A stretch of DNA of 64,000 bases from Selaginella moellendorffii (GCF_000143415.4 NW_003314270.1:1667048-1731047); one strand, 5' to 3'. Shown: positions 50,366 to 62,460, counted from the first letter of the stretch. Numbers and translations: made by a program. Notes: generated by a model not told the origin, from the letters alone.

Positions 50366-51634
50366 CATGTGGCAAATGCTGCGTGAAGAAAGATGCCCTT
50401 TCTGGGCAAATGCTATAAGAGGCAGATGCCGAGCAGATGTATCTCAGGCTAGCGAAGGGGACAAACGAAAGCTAGCTATAAACATGACGGGATGCAAATA
50501 GATTACTAGGCTGGTCCTACGAAAATCAAAAACCATAATTGAAAACATTGAAAATGCAAAAAGAAAGGTTTATAATATTTTTGAATTTTAAGCAACCAAA
50601 GGAATGTAAGTAGGGCATGTGTTTGTAAGTTTAAAAATGCCTCAACCACTTAAATTCCCAAGTAAATAAAGCTGTTTCTATTTTTGGTACAGGTAAACTT
50701 TATAGCGTGTGGGCTCATGCAATTTTGAACCCAAAAATGCACCAAAAAATGCTCGACTAGCATTATTCTTTGAATGGCGTGTGGCCTTATGTCGAGCATT
50801 ATTCTTTGAATGGCGTGTGGCCTTATATTGCCATAAATGGACGTACACACACAGCATAATTATTCCTTTACACGGCGAATAATCTTGGCGCGGATCGCTG
50901 ACATGGCATGGCAAAGTTCGAATCACTGACATGGCACAGCTGGATCGAGGCAAGGACATGATGTGACAAAGTTCAACCTCCGACAGCAAAGTCTAGAAGC
51001 TACTCAGTTTGAAATTTGTCAGAGGAATCATAAGATCTGGTTTGTCAGAGGATTTGATGTGATGTTCAAGCGTGTGTTATTTTTGAATTCTCGAACTCAT
51101 TCCTAGGTCTATCATTTTTGTGCGTCGTGTTCTTGGTTCCGCTGAGCGCAGTGAGCGCTGCTTGTGTAAGCGGCGTTGTGGGCTGTGGTTTATGCGTCTA
51201 CGAGCGGTTGCGGCATTGCGAGCGCCATTGCGAGCGGCAGTTTATGCGAGTGGCAGTTTGTGCGAGCGGCGCTACGAGCAGTTGCGGTGTTGCGAGTGGC
51301 GCTACGAGTAGTTGCGGTGTTGCGAGCGGCACTGTCTTTGGTGTGGCTACCGCTTCCTCTTGATATTCGGCACTTGTGCTTCCTGGTATGTTCACCATGG
51401 AATGGCTTAGGACCACATTTAGAAATGGCATGAGGCCTCATGCCATTAGTGATACCACTAATGGCATGAGGGCTCATGCCAATTTTGTGAATGCGAAATT
51501 TCACGTGGGTGTCAATAGCATGTTTGAATAATGGCATGTGGCCTCATGCTATTGAGGTTGTTTGGTATGTTATGATTTAGGCCATTCTCCAATCATTTTT
51601 TGTATGGTCTTAACTTCTTTTCTGCACTTTCAGA

Positions 51635-54600
51635 ATGGCCTTCAGGGTTGGGGAAAAGGTTTACATTTTGAATGGTGGGAAGAGAGTTGCAAAAGGGACC
51701 CTTGTGTCTATGGATCGGAACTTTGTTATACACTGTCAAAGGCTTGGGGAAGGCAATGCTGCTGTATCAGTAGAGACTGTCTTCGATGGGAATGTGGTCG
51801 TTATTGAACGAGGAGAGATGGTCGTCGGGGTAAATGTTGTTGTTGCCTTGAAAAATCTTCAGAAGAAAGCAGATGTTGGGGACAGCGCAAGTGCGACGCA
51901 TGTTCCCTCCGTGGATCTTAAGAACCGTGCTACATGGATTCAGGCAAAGGTGTTTCTAAACAACCCCGAGGGGGAGGTGGTAGCTGAGGGCTTAGCCACA
52001 GTTGTCGATCCAAGAGATGCAGTTGCTAATTAAGAATTGGGCTGGGATGATATTGGAGTTGCGATTTTAGAGGTTGTTGACACAAAAGAAAACAGTCTGA
52101 CTATTGGAAGCATTGTGCGGTGGAAATTGAGGCACTTAGTGTTTGAGAATGTGAAGGATTCACAATCAAACACCACTACAACTGATGACAGAACATCTCT
52201 TCATGGGAAAAGAAAGTACACCTTCCTAAAGCGCAGCCAAAGGGATCTGAGCAACGAACCGAAAAGGCAGAAAATGGTGATGGAGGTTCGAATGGTCTCG
52301 ACAGTTGCTTGTTGCAAGAGGAGGTGCTGTCAACATGCTGATTGGGATGCTATTGAAGAGGAGAGAGCAAGATACAAGACATTGTCCTGGAAGGCAGCTC
52401 GCAATTTTGTGTATGAGGCATTACGGTCATCTGTTGATGCTTCAGAACATCAGGTGGGGGGCATGGTCTTCCAGAGGGGTTTGGTCTGCATGAAGGCATG
52501 GAGAATCATTTATGGAGTCCCTTGAAGCACATTCTACAAAATCAAAACTGAGTTCGAGGAACAAAGGGTTCAACAGGCAGTCCATGGGAACGACGGTACG
52601 CACAAAACCAGGGGTCATGTTGTATATAGAGAGGCAATCTTCAAGAGGTTTGTCGAGACATGTAGCGAGCAGCAACCACATAAAACCCGCCTCTTGGAAG
52701 ATGGAACACGAGACACCCAACGAGTTCTCCCTTCCATGTATACCAAGGGGGCCATATTGGAAGATGTGAATCGGGAACTCCAGAGTAATGGCTACAGGAA
52801 GCTGAGCCAATCTAGATTTAGTAGATTGTGGAGCAACAGGTTCAGGGATGTGAGTATAGGAAAGTACTCCAGCTTTTCAAAGTGTGACGAGTGCACTGCT
52901 ATCAAAATGGCTTTGTCGAAGAATTCTTGCAGCGCTCAAGAGCGAGAGACGTTGGTTAGAAGGCGGCTCGACCACAACATCGAGCAGAGAAGCTGCAGGA
53001 CTGCATATTATCATAACAGGATTCTCTCCATGGAGAGACCTGACTCTTACCTCTGCATCATCCACGACAAAATGGACCAGAAAAAGACGTGCTTACCTCG
53101 ACTCAATCCTGCCCCCAAGGCAATCTCTTCATCCATGCAGCTGCCTGTGTCTTTGTTTGGCATAATCGCTCATGGGCATGGTGCCCAGAACTATGGGAAC
53201 TTCTTTGTACCTCTATGGGGTGGCGGGGGTGCAAACATGATGATTGCGTCCCTAGCAAAACACTTAAGGTCTCTGCAAAGTGCGCAGACTAAGCTGAACG
53301 GCCAACCCTTGCATAAGGCCCTTGTCGATCGAACCCCATACAGGGTTCAGCTGGAGGAGGAGCAAAGGCTTACAGTATCGCGTGGGGCCCCATGCCATCC
53401 CAGTGAATATGTTGGCCGTCAGATTGTAGGGTTATCACGTGAGGCCTCATGCCATTCCGACGAAGCTGGTCGCCCGGTGAATGCATAGCCTCATCCAAAC
53501 GAAGCAGAATCTCAAGGAAGTTCTTGCGGCCGATGTGGCCTTCCACCCCATCTTCTGCTCCAAACAGACAATGCTGGCAGTGAGAACAAAAACATGTACG
53601 TCTTCGCGTACTTGGCGATGCTTGTTGCCAAAGGCATATTTGAAACGGTTACACTTGGCTTTCTCATGGTTGGGCACACTCATGAAGACGTGGATGCCAT
53701 GTTCAGTCACCTGGCAGAGTCCCTCCGGCGATCCAATGTCCTCACCCTCCCACAACTCTACGATGAATTCCAAAATTGCATCAAAGGCACTGTTGAAGCT
53801 GCACTTCTGACAGAGGTTCCAGACTTTAAGGGGTTTGTAAGAGGCTACATCAGGGACGGATCCGAAATGCTGATTGGCCACTCCAAGCCTCTTTAGTTTC
53901 ATTTCAGCATGCGTGACGGTGCTCCAGTGATGAGGTACAAGATGAAAGAATGGGACACAGTGTGGCTGCCAGTGGACGGCATTGAACTCTTCAAGAGAGA
54001 TCCCATAACTGGGGAACCTATGATTCCTCAGGGTTCCCCACGGCCGATGCACCCGGATGGACTCAAAGACCAGGAAAGTATAGTGGCCGGGATTAGACAG
54101 CATATTGCCTTCTGGAAGAGGGGGTTGGTGTTTGGTGGAGAATCCTATTTTCAGAGGTGCAAGCCTTTGCTCGAATACTGGGAGAAGATTATATCTGCTA
54201 TCCAAAATGGGCCGGTTGTATATGAAGAATTGGAAGAGTCCTTTTGGCCAGAACCCAGAGCACCAGATAGTAGCGGAACAATGTCCTCTGGAAATGCAGT
54301 GACAGATAACGATGTTGAGGATCATTATTGTGGGCCGAGGAACAAGAAGCCGGATTCAGCATTCAATCCAGTACAGGTCCGCAAAGGAATGGTCGTGCTT
54401 GTCAGACCCAGTAATAAAAAACAAATGATATGGGTGGGGCGCTGCATCACGGATGCAGAGGAGGACGTGGAAACTAACTCCTTCAATGTAACTGTGGAGT
54501 GGTTCAAGCCAAGTTCCGGATATACGAAGGATTGCCTAAAAAAGAGATGGGTGTTGAATCCAAGGGATCCCAGCATGAGCATATCGGTGGATAATGTTGT

Positions 54601-54703
54601 GCATGGTTGGATGCGGAAGCAGAGTGCCACCATCACCTTGCCAGACCATGCAAGAGATGCAGCAAGAGCATTCATAACCCGGGTTCAAGGTGAGATTCAT
54701 TAA
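51635..54703 (+). pseudogene. Sola-like DDD transposase, outer copy (1022 codons, 4 premature stops; possible extra terminal exon 54742-54776)
   Basis: Single frame from ATG 51635. Stops at 52031, 52523, 53486 and 53894 are CAA/CGA/CAG/CAG in the inner copy. Same catalytic motifs as the inner copy. Confidence 0.82.
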
Positions 54704-56310
54704 TATTCCTTTACTAAGTTTCTAATGTATTTTATTTCAAGGTGAACAATCCGAATCTGAATCAGAGGAGGCGTGATGGCATGTGGCCTTACGCCATTCC
54801 TAGGTGAGATGATACAAATAACAAGTATAAATTCTTAGTTGTTCTAGCAAATCTTACTTAAAGTTCAAGGTGAACAAGCCGAATATGAATTCATCGGATT
54901 GTTATAACAAATTGCGAGGTGATGGCATGAGGCGATACGCCATTTGAGAGTGGTAGCCATTCCTATATGAGGTGAGTGAAATATTTATTAGAAATACCTC
55001 ATTCAATTGTGCACTTCTAAGTCTTGGTCCACTCAGTACTGTTTGCATGTTTTTATTTTAATTCTTTCTCTAAAATGTTATTTAGCATGTGGCTTCATGC
55101 CATTGCTCTCCACAATCATGCATTGAATTTTTCTATCCTTGCATAATACTTCTCCATATATATAGCATGTGCGCACATGTGATATGGTTCATTAGGCCTG
55201 ATATAGTGTGTGAGGTAAAACAAAGATGATGTGACATATGCATTTACCAATCACACGTGCATAAATCTAATAATATGGGCCACACGCCATATTATTAGAT
55301 TTATTGTACCATCATTCCCTTGCAGCGTGTGTGTTGGTTTCCTTTTATAACACAACGAACTCCATATTTTAGGGTGAAGAGCGTTCTCATGGCAAGCACA
55401 AAATCTGTAAGTGAGGCAGAAAAGGAGACGGAGAAGGAGATAGGTGAAGATGTAGAATATATAAGTCTTCCAAACTCCCCGTACTATACTCCAGGTGATC
55501 ATTTTTCTGAACAAACGGCAACATTAACAACTATCGAGAACGCCCCAGTAACGTCAGAGACAACAATCCAAAGCAAAACAACTGACCCGGAGAAGGATGA
55601 TAGTACCGCTGAGAGTACCAAAAAGGAGGTGTCCACTAGCGCTTAGGCTTATAATGGCGTGTGCCCGCATGCCATTTACTTGATCACCAAATACCTTTTT
55701 CCCTTTGCACTAGTATATCTTAATACCGGTCTGAGAAATAGAATGGCATGTGCCCTCAGGCCTTTTACTAAATCACCTTTGAAAGAAATGCAAGCCTCTA
55801 TGTCGTAAAAAAAAGGTACTAGAGAAATTCCTTAATAATATGAATGTTATTTAGTTTCATGAAAATACACTAAGGGTCAAATGAGTTAAACGACTTCTCC
55901 AGACTAGCAATGCCTCTTGCTACACCTTCACAATTAGATTCGTTAGAAAAAGATAACATTGAATAATATCTAAATGTTCTCACCATTAAGTTATATGTCT
56001 AGCTAATAGGAATGACGTTCATCTTGGAAAGCTCACCACACGCTCAATGAACAAACAAATAATGTGTGCGTGCATGCCATCGCTCTTCTTTAGCTTCAGA
56101 TTCGGCTTGTTCACCTTGACAATGAGATTTATTATACAACCAGATGGACTCAGTCTGGACACAAAGTCACCGCGCTAGTCACCATGCCCCAGATATGTCT
56201 AGCCCCTGGACAAAAAACATATAATTTCACGTCATTTTCAAATACTTGAAAATTTGTACCTAGTCCCATTTTACTGAATAAATCCAACTTTAACGAAATA
56301 GAGCTTTTGA

Positions 56311-59284
56311 AGTGTCTCCCAAGGTAGTGTCGCCACTCCTTGAGCGCCTTGACCACCGCAAACAATTCATTCTCGTGGGCAGGCCACTTCCGTTGAGCCT
56401 TGTCCAGCTTCTTCGAGAAGAACGCTACTGGATGGTTGTCTTGCTTCAAAACTGCGCCCAACGCAAAGTCCGAAGCATCGGTGTCTACCTCAAAGTCCTT
56501 ACCAAAGTCTGGTAATGCCAACACCGGAGCCTTCCTCAACTTCCCTTTGAGGTGGACGAATGCCGCCTCGCATTCCGCTATCCATACCATCTTCCCTTTT
56601 CCTGTTTGATCCGTTAAGGGCAGGGCTACTCTCGAATAGTGTCTGATAAACTTTCGATAGTAGTTGCATAGCCCCAGGAACGCCCTCAACTCATGTACAT
56701 TCGATGGTCGCTCCCATTCCTGGATCGCTTGGACCTTCTCCGGGTCCACCTTGAGCCCGTCCTGGCCCACCACATGCCCGAGAAACTTTACCTCTTGTTG
56801 AGCAAAGTCACATTTGCTCTCTTTAGCATACAGCTTGTGTTCCCTTAGTTTCTCAAACACCTTCGCCAAGTGTTCGGCATGCTCCTCTAGCGTCTCGCTA
56901 TAGATCAGGATGTCGTCAATATAGACAACCACGAAGTGATCCAGATAGGGTACAAAGACGTGGTTCATCAATGCCGAAAACGTTGCCGGCGCATTGCATA
57001 GCCCAAAGGGCATCACCAAAAACTCAAAGCTCCCATACCTCGTTCGACAGGTTGTCTTCTCGACATCTTCCTCAGCTACCCTGATCTGGTAGTATCCTGA
57101 CCTTAGGTCAATCCTCGAGAAGTATTTTGCCTTTCCCAACCTATCGAACAGGTCCTCAATCCTTGGCAAAGGGTACTTGTTCTTCTTGGTATATTTGTTG
57201 AGCAACCGGTAATCTATGCACATGCGCATAGATCCATCTTTCTTTTTCACAAATAATACCGGCACCCCATACGGCGACTTGCTCAACCTAACATACCCTT
57301 TGCCCACCAACTCCTCTAGTTGGCACTTGAGCTCCTTGAGTTCTTTTTCGTTCAAACGATAGGGTGGACGAACCACCGCCTCTGCGCCCTCGACCAGCTC
57401 AATCTTATGCTCTATCGGTCGTGCAGGGGGCAACCCCGCCAGTAGCTCCTCCGGCATGGTATCCTGGAATTGGTCCAGCACTCACTGGATCACTAAAGGC
57501 ACTTCTTCCGTTCTTGTCTTTTTGTCACTCTTCACCGAGAGTAAGCACAAAAAGGCTGCCTTAGTTCCTTTAGTGAGTTGTCCTCTCGTGGACACCAGGT
57601 TTAAGCAGGATTCTTTATCCTTGCTTTGCCCTACCTTTAGATCCTGGGCCTCCACCCTAGATCTTCTTCCTTGGGCATTCGCCAGTACCACAAGGTTCCT
57701 ACCTTGTCCATGTAGGGCTACCACGAACCAATTGAACCAATCCATTCCGAAGATCACGTCAAATCCCGCCATGTCCAACACGGTGAAATCCATGTCTACT
57801 TTCCATGTCCCTACTTCGACTTTCGCTTGTCGAAGTACCTCATCGGTGCTTTGGCTACCTTGAACAAACTCTATATTCCTTGGTTCGCCTAGCCGCTGCA
57901 CCGTTAGTCCGGCTTGCCGGACTATATCTGCAGCCACAAAATTATCCGAAGCACCCGTGTCAATAAGGATCTTAACAAAGCTTCCTCCGAGCTTCCCTCG
58001 GAGGGCTAGTAGATGTCGCGAACGACTCTCTACCAAAGTTGCTCGTGTAATGAGTAACTTTGAGTTAGGGACTAGATCACATACCTCATTTTGGACTTCA
58101 CCTGACTTGATGGCCATATTGGCTCTGGCCTTCTTCGGGTAGGGACATTCCCTCGAAAAGTGTCCCGCTTCACTGCAGTTGTAGCATACGTTGTTTCCCA
58201 CGCTGCTATACGACTTGACCTTCTTATCCGTGGGTTTGTCTCTTTTCGCTTAACTCCCCCACGTACTTGCTCGCTGGCCACCGGATTTGCCTTTCCGGAA
58301 CCCCGAGGACTCATTCTTAGAGAAACTCTTCTTGAATTTCCCCCTGCTATATGTTCCCCTTGGTTTGGCCCCTTTGCTAAACGTGGATCCTGACCCCGTC
58401 GTGTTCCCCTTTCGCAGGTTATCGTTGAAATGCACCTTGATGGCCGCATCCAACGCTTCCTTGTAGTTGGTCGGGTTCCAGCGCATCACCTCACCGCGAG
58501 CCCAGGTTTGCAAACCTGATATGAAGGCATGGAACGCATCCATATCCCCCATGTATGTGACAAGTATCCTCTTTGCCATGAAGCCATTCACATATTCCTG
58601 GATGGTTCCAGTTTGCTTCAGCCTACTCAATTCATCCCTCAGATGCAGAGTGGCATTCGGAGGAACATATGTTGCGCGGATCCTCGCCTTCATCATGTCC
58701 CAAGTGACCACCGGTCCTTCGTTGGCCTCCGTTGTTCTCCACCAAGACTTGGCATTATCTACCAAGTATGGTTTTGCACATGGGACCTTCTCCGAGCTCG
58801 GTAACTGCAACGCTCGGAAGTAGTCCTCCATATCGTAAAACCAATCCTCCACCACCTTATAGTCATTCACTCCCTTGAAGACCGGTGGGGGCTTTGGTTT
58901 GTACTTGGGAACTGCCTGAGGGACTGATTCCACTTCAGTCTGTTCAACCTTGTCTGGTTTTGCCTCAGTCCCTGCCGAAGGGTCCGCACCTTCTGCGCTG
59001 CCAGCATCCGCAGTCTTTCGCCTTTTCTTCCGCTTCTCGTCACACTTTAGCTTGCGTACGAGAGTCTCTAGCAGGGCATTGGTCTGCGCCAATTGACCTT
59101 CTAGAACGTCCAATCGAGCCTTGGACGACCGAACCTCGCCACCGGACTCCTGTTTGGAAGTTTCCTCACTGGAGTCCTCCTCATGCAAGGATTCCTCATC
59201 CATAGCCTCTTGTTCGACAGGAGGCTCCAGCTCTGGCGGAGGTTCCGTCTCCACCTGGGTTCGCTTATGCCCTGCCCTTGCCAT
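56311..59284 (-). pseudogene. gag-pol 5' part: Gag, zinc knuckle, aspartic protease, RT, RNase H (single frame, 2 point stops)
   Basis: CYNCSEAGHFSREC; LIDTGAS; [41 protein letters not shown]; [13 protein letters not shown]; [16 protein letters not shown]. Confidence 0.95.
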
Positions 59285-59328
59285 CTTCCAGCAATCCGCC
59301 TCTATCCTTCGCTAGAACTGAGGAAAAG

Positions 59329-59340
59329 GCTCCGATACCA
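59329..59340 (-). other. Primer binding site (tRNA-iMet)
   Basis: Minus strand TGGTATCGGAGC, 3 nt inside the 5' LTR boundary. Confidence 0.9.
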
Positions 59341-59343
59341 AAT

Positions 59344-60490
59344 TGTAAGCCACAAATTTTTCTTTTCCAATTTGCCAGCTTACCTCGTCTATCCGTCCAA
59401 CACTGCCTTGGCTTTTGCTAAGTTCCCTCGCCAAGGTTCTCGCCTATGGTACCAGCTCCTACTTGGTTTCAGCTACTCACTGCACGAGCAACGGAGTGTT
59501 AGCCATCCTTCCACGGATTCCCAAATCACTCACAATCCCCCTCCCCGGGTTAGACTGGACTAAGGTTCGGCTACACTCCCCGCAAGCACAAGCAGCCAAG
59601 CACACCAAGCTTCCAGGTTCCTAACATCCCTTGGTACCACAAGACTTGATCATGGGACCCTCTAAATCCCAAGTCTTGAGTGCAACACTTGCTTCGGGAC
59701 GTCGGGGTGAAACACCGTGGCCTAGCGGCCCGGTATGGGTACCTCTCGCCCCCCACTTCCATCCCGAAGGAAGGCCCAAGCCCCTAGGAAGGGTGAGGAC
59801 CAATGAGCCGCATGGTACTCAAGTGGGGCACCACTCCACATGAGCCGGGAGCACCGCAATCGGTTTCCCTTTCGGGAGTGGGAGCTGCTCTTGAGCACTT
59901 CCTTGGATGGCCCCTCTAGCACCAGCCAAGTCCATGCTCACTCCCACCCAAGGCCCCTCGGTCCCAGTCTCAACCTCAAGTCGGTTTGGAAGCCCAACTG
60001 GAGAGTCCCTTCAAAACTGGTTCCTGGACCTCACTATCCCTACTATAATTTTGGAACCCCCTGCAGCCCCCACCCCCTAGGGGATGCACGCTTTGGGCTT
60101 TCACCCCTTGACCCGTATTAGTATTTGGACTTAGTCTCTGGCTCGATCTCGGATCTGATTTCGGATCCGACTTCGGATTCGGTCTCGGACTCGATCGCGG
60201 ACTCGATCTCGGACCCGATCTTGGGCCCGACCTCGGACTCGATTTCGGACTCGGTCTTGGACCCGATTTCGGATCTCGGACTCCGTCTCGAACTCGGTCT
60301 CGAACTCGGACTCGAACTCGGTCCCCGAGTCGGTCTCGGACTCGATTCCGGACTCTATCTCGAACTCGGTCCTAGAGTCGGTCTTGGACTCGATCTTTGA
60401 CTTGGTCCCATCCGATGAACTCTTTGTCATTTTGGTCATGCTTTCGGGGTTCCTTTAGCCTACGACACCTCGGCGAGTTGGTTCCTTACA
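59344..60490 (-). repeat. 5' LTR of the chromovirus
   Basis: TGTAAG...CTTACA, 1147 bp, followed by TSD ACTTC. Confidence 0.97.
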
Positions 60491-60495
60491 ACTTC

Positions 60496-62460
60496 CTTTC
60501 CCGCAATTTGTTAGTGTCCAACACATTACTTTGCCACTTGGATTCTTTCCAAGGGATTCCATGGCCCTATCTTGGCCACTCTTCTTTTGCTCCTATCCAT
60601 TGATTGTTGCATCAAGTAACATAGGATCACTACCTCCCTCCTTGAGGTATTCTTTTGGTTCCATGGCAAAGCTCCACTTTGCCAAGTCCAGAGGGTGCTC
60701 ACCCTTAGTAGGTCTCTTTAGCATTTTCTGCTATGGGCCCCTTCCACGGCCCAACTTTGTGACCCTCCTATGGGTCTCTCCTAGAGACTACTTTCCTTGG
60801 ACAAACTATGCCATCGCAATGACATAGCTCATTTCCCTAAGGTGCTTTTCTCACTTGGTCACCTTGACCAAGCCACATCATCATCAATAGTTCAAATCAA
60901 CACTTTGAACTTGGAACCTTATTCCTTAACCCAAACAAGGACCTTGTCCTTATTTAGCCATAAGATCACCTAGTGATCTCACCTCGGCACTTTAACAGGT
61001 TTGCCAATAGGTACTAGGTCTTCCAGACCTTTAACTCGTTAACTACGACCCCGGGGGCATCCCCCACACTTGGCGGTGTGCCCAAGCCAGCCCTTCCGGC
61101 CAAGGGTCCATAGCAACTGAGACTGAGTGTCCCCATCTCATTCACCACGTCCTTGGTGCCACTTGCACCAAAGCGTTCAAGTTAGATATGCTAAGCTTTC
61201 ACACTAAGCAATCTAACCGTGCATCACGACTCCGAGGCAACCCTCGCTTGGCGGTGTGCCCAAACCAATCTCCCCACTGAGAGTCCATGACCACCGAAAT
61301 ATGAGTGTCCTCATATTCCAAACCATCACCACGCCCTAGTGATTTGGGACTCGAACCCAAGCACTAGAGGGTCGGGACTCGAACCCAACCTCCGTATATG
61401 CATCTACGGACGGCATCACCCAGGATGCCTGGCGTGACTCATCACGCCGGTGCACCAACTTATGCTTAAAGCGCGCTACAGATCACAACTTAGGAACCTA
61501 GTTCCCCCGCACTGCCAAGTCCTCTCATTTGACAAGTTTGTGATCATGCATGGACTCCTCCATGCTTGGCCCCACGGCCCACCCTTTTTGAAGTTATCAC
61601 CTTCAACTAGGGTATTTGTTCCCCTGACTTGCCAATCTCGCTTGGCAAGTCCTCTGACCACTGTAACATGGTTCTTGCACAAGCGTGAAAGTCCTTGACC
61701 ATCGACTTTCGTTCAAAGCCCTCTCTTTGAACACTCGGGAACTACTGCCCTAACCTTGACAGCCTTGCCTTATGGCAAGCTTCAAGACCACGCTTCTGCT
61801 GTGCCACTCTAATTTCGCGCGTTCTATGAACCATTTACACTTGGCCTTTCTAGGTACTAAGCTACCTAGAATTGTCTTTGGGAACCTTGAAGGAACTCTG
61901 TCCCTTAGCTTGCTAAGGCCTCCCTTTTTGCAAGCTTTCCAATTGCCATATAGTCTAACATGGACCATTCCATATTTTAGACTCTCCATGGCATCACGGT
62001 TGCTAGCGGCAACACTCTCGAGCCCCCACTTGATTCTCCACTCCCAGCTGGCATAACCAACCTTGGTTATGCCCTTCGATTCTTATGGTTCGGTTCTATC
62101 CCCTTACTTCTTGCTTTTGGCTTCACACTTTTCCTTCGGTCATTCTCCTCCAGACCAGGAGGATAGCTTTGCACTTTCTATCATGCTTTAGCAAGTATTC
62201 TTAGGGATGAATCTACCCAATAGCCCAAGAAGTGGTTCCTCAATCCGGGTATACTCACCTTATAATCCCACACACTGAGATTACATTGTTGCTTATGGGC
62301 CTTTACATGCCCATCACTAGCCTTGCCAAAATTCCATTTTTGGCTTTGTCCAACTCGGGTAGACAGTCCTCTCCTGTCTTCGCAACCTTGGACATTTGGA
62401 TAGCACCTTCTATCCATCATTCGCTAGGGACTTAGTCCCTTGGGCTTTTATCCATTGCTC
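60496..62460 (-). mobile_element. Continuation of the older related LTR element (3' UTR/internal region, no intact ORF)
   Basis: 61050-61460 is homologous to the chromovirus 3' UTR at 27340-27580. It continues 25417-26116 across the TSD. Right boundary uncertain. Confidence 0.55.

Larger units (their letters stand above)
29468..56306 (+). mobile_element. Large cut-and-paste DNA transposon, outer copy (~13.6 kb excluding the nested copy); Sola-like DDD
   Basis: TIR AAGCTCTATTTCGTTAAAGTGGGA at 29468 and its reverse complement (1 mismatch) ending at 56306. 4-bp TSD TTGA (29464-29467 / 56307-56310). Removal restores the gypsy RNase H sequence GRHFK|VYTDN. Confidence 0.95.
26117..60490 (-). mobile_element. 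Full-length Ty3/gypsy chromovirus (about 7.5 kb once the nested DNA transposons are removed)
   Basis: Paired 1147-bp TG...CA LTRs; 5-bp TSD ACTTC (26112-26116 / 60491-60495); tRNA-iMet PBS; PPT; domain order gag-ZnK-PR-RT-RH-INT-chromodomain on the - strand. Confidence 0.97.

Noticed and set aside
53650-53710. GHTHED read as an HUH (Rep/Helitron/Replitron) motif
   Set aside because: TIRs, 4-bp TSDs and the upstream D...DN..NKN motifs point to a DDD cut-and-paste transposase.
29994-56306. Inverted duplication as an assembly or haplotype artefact
   Set aside because: Each copy has its own exact TIR pair and a distinct 4-bp TSD, plus private substitutions and indels. Long-read confirmation is still desirable.
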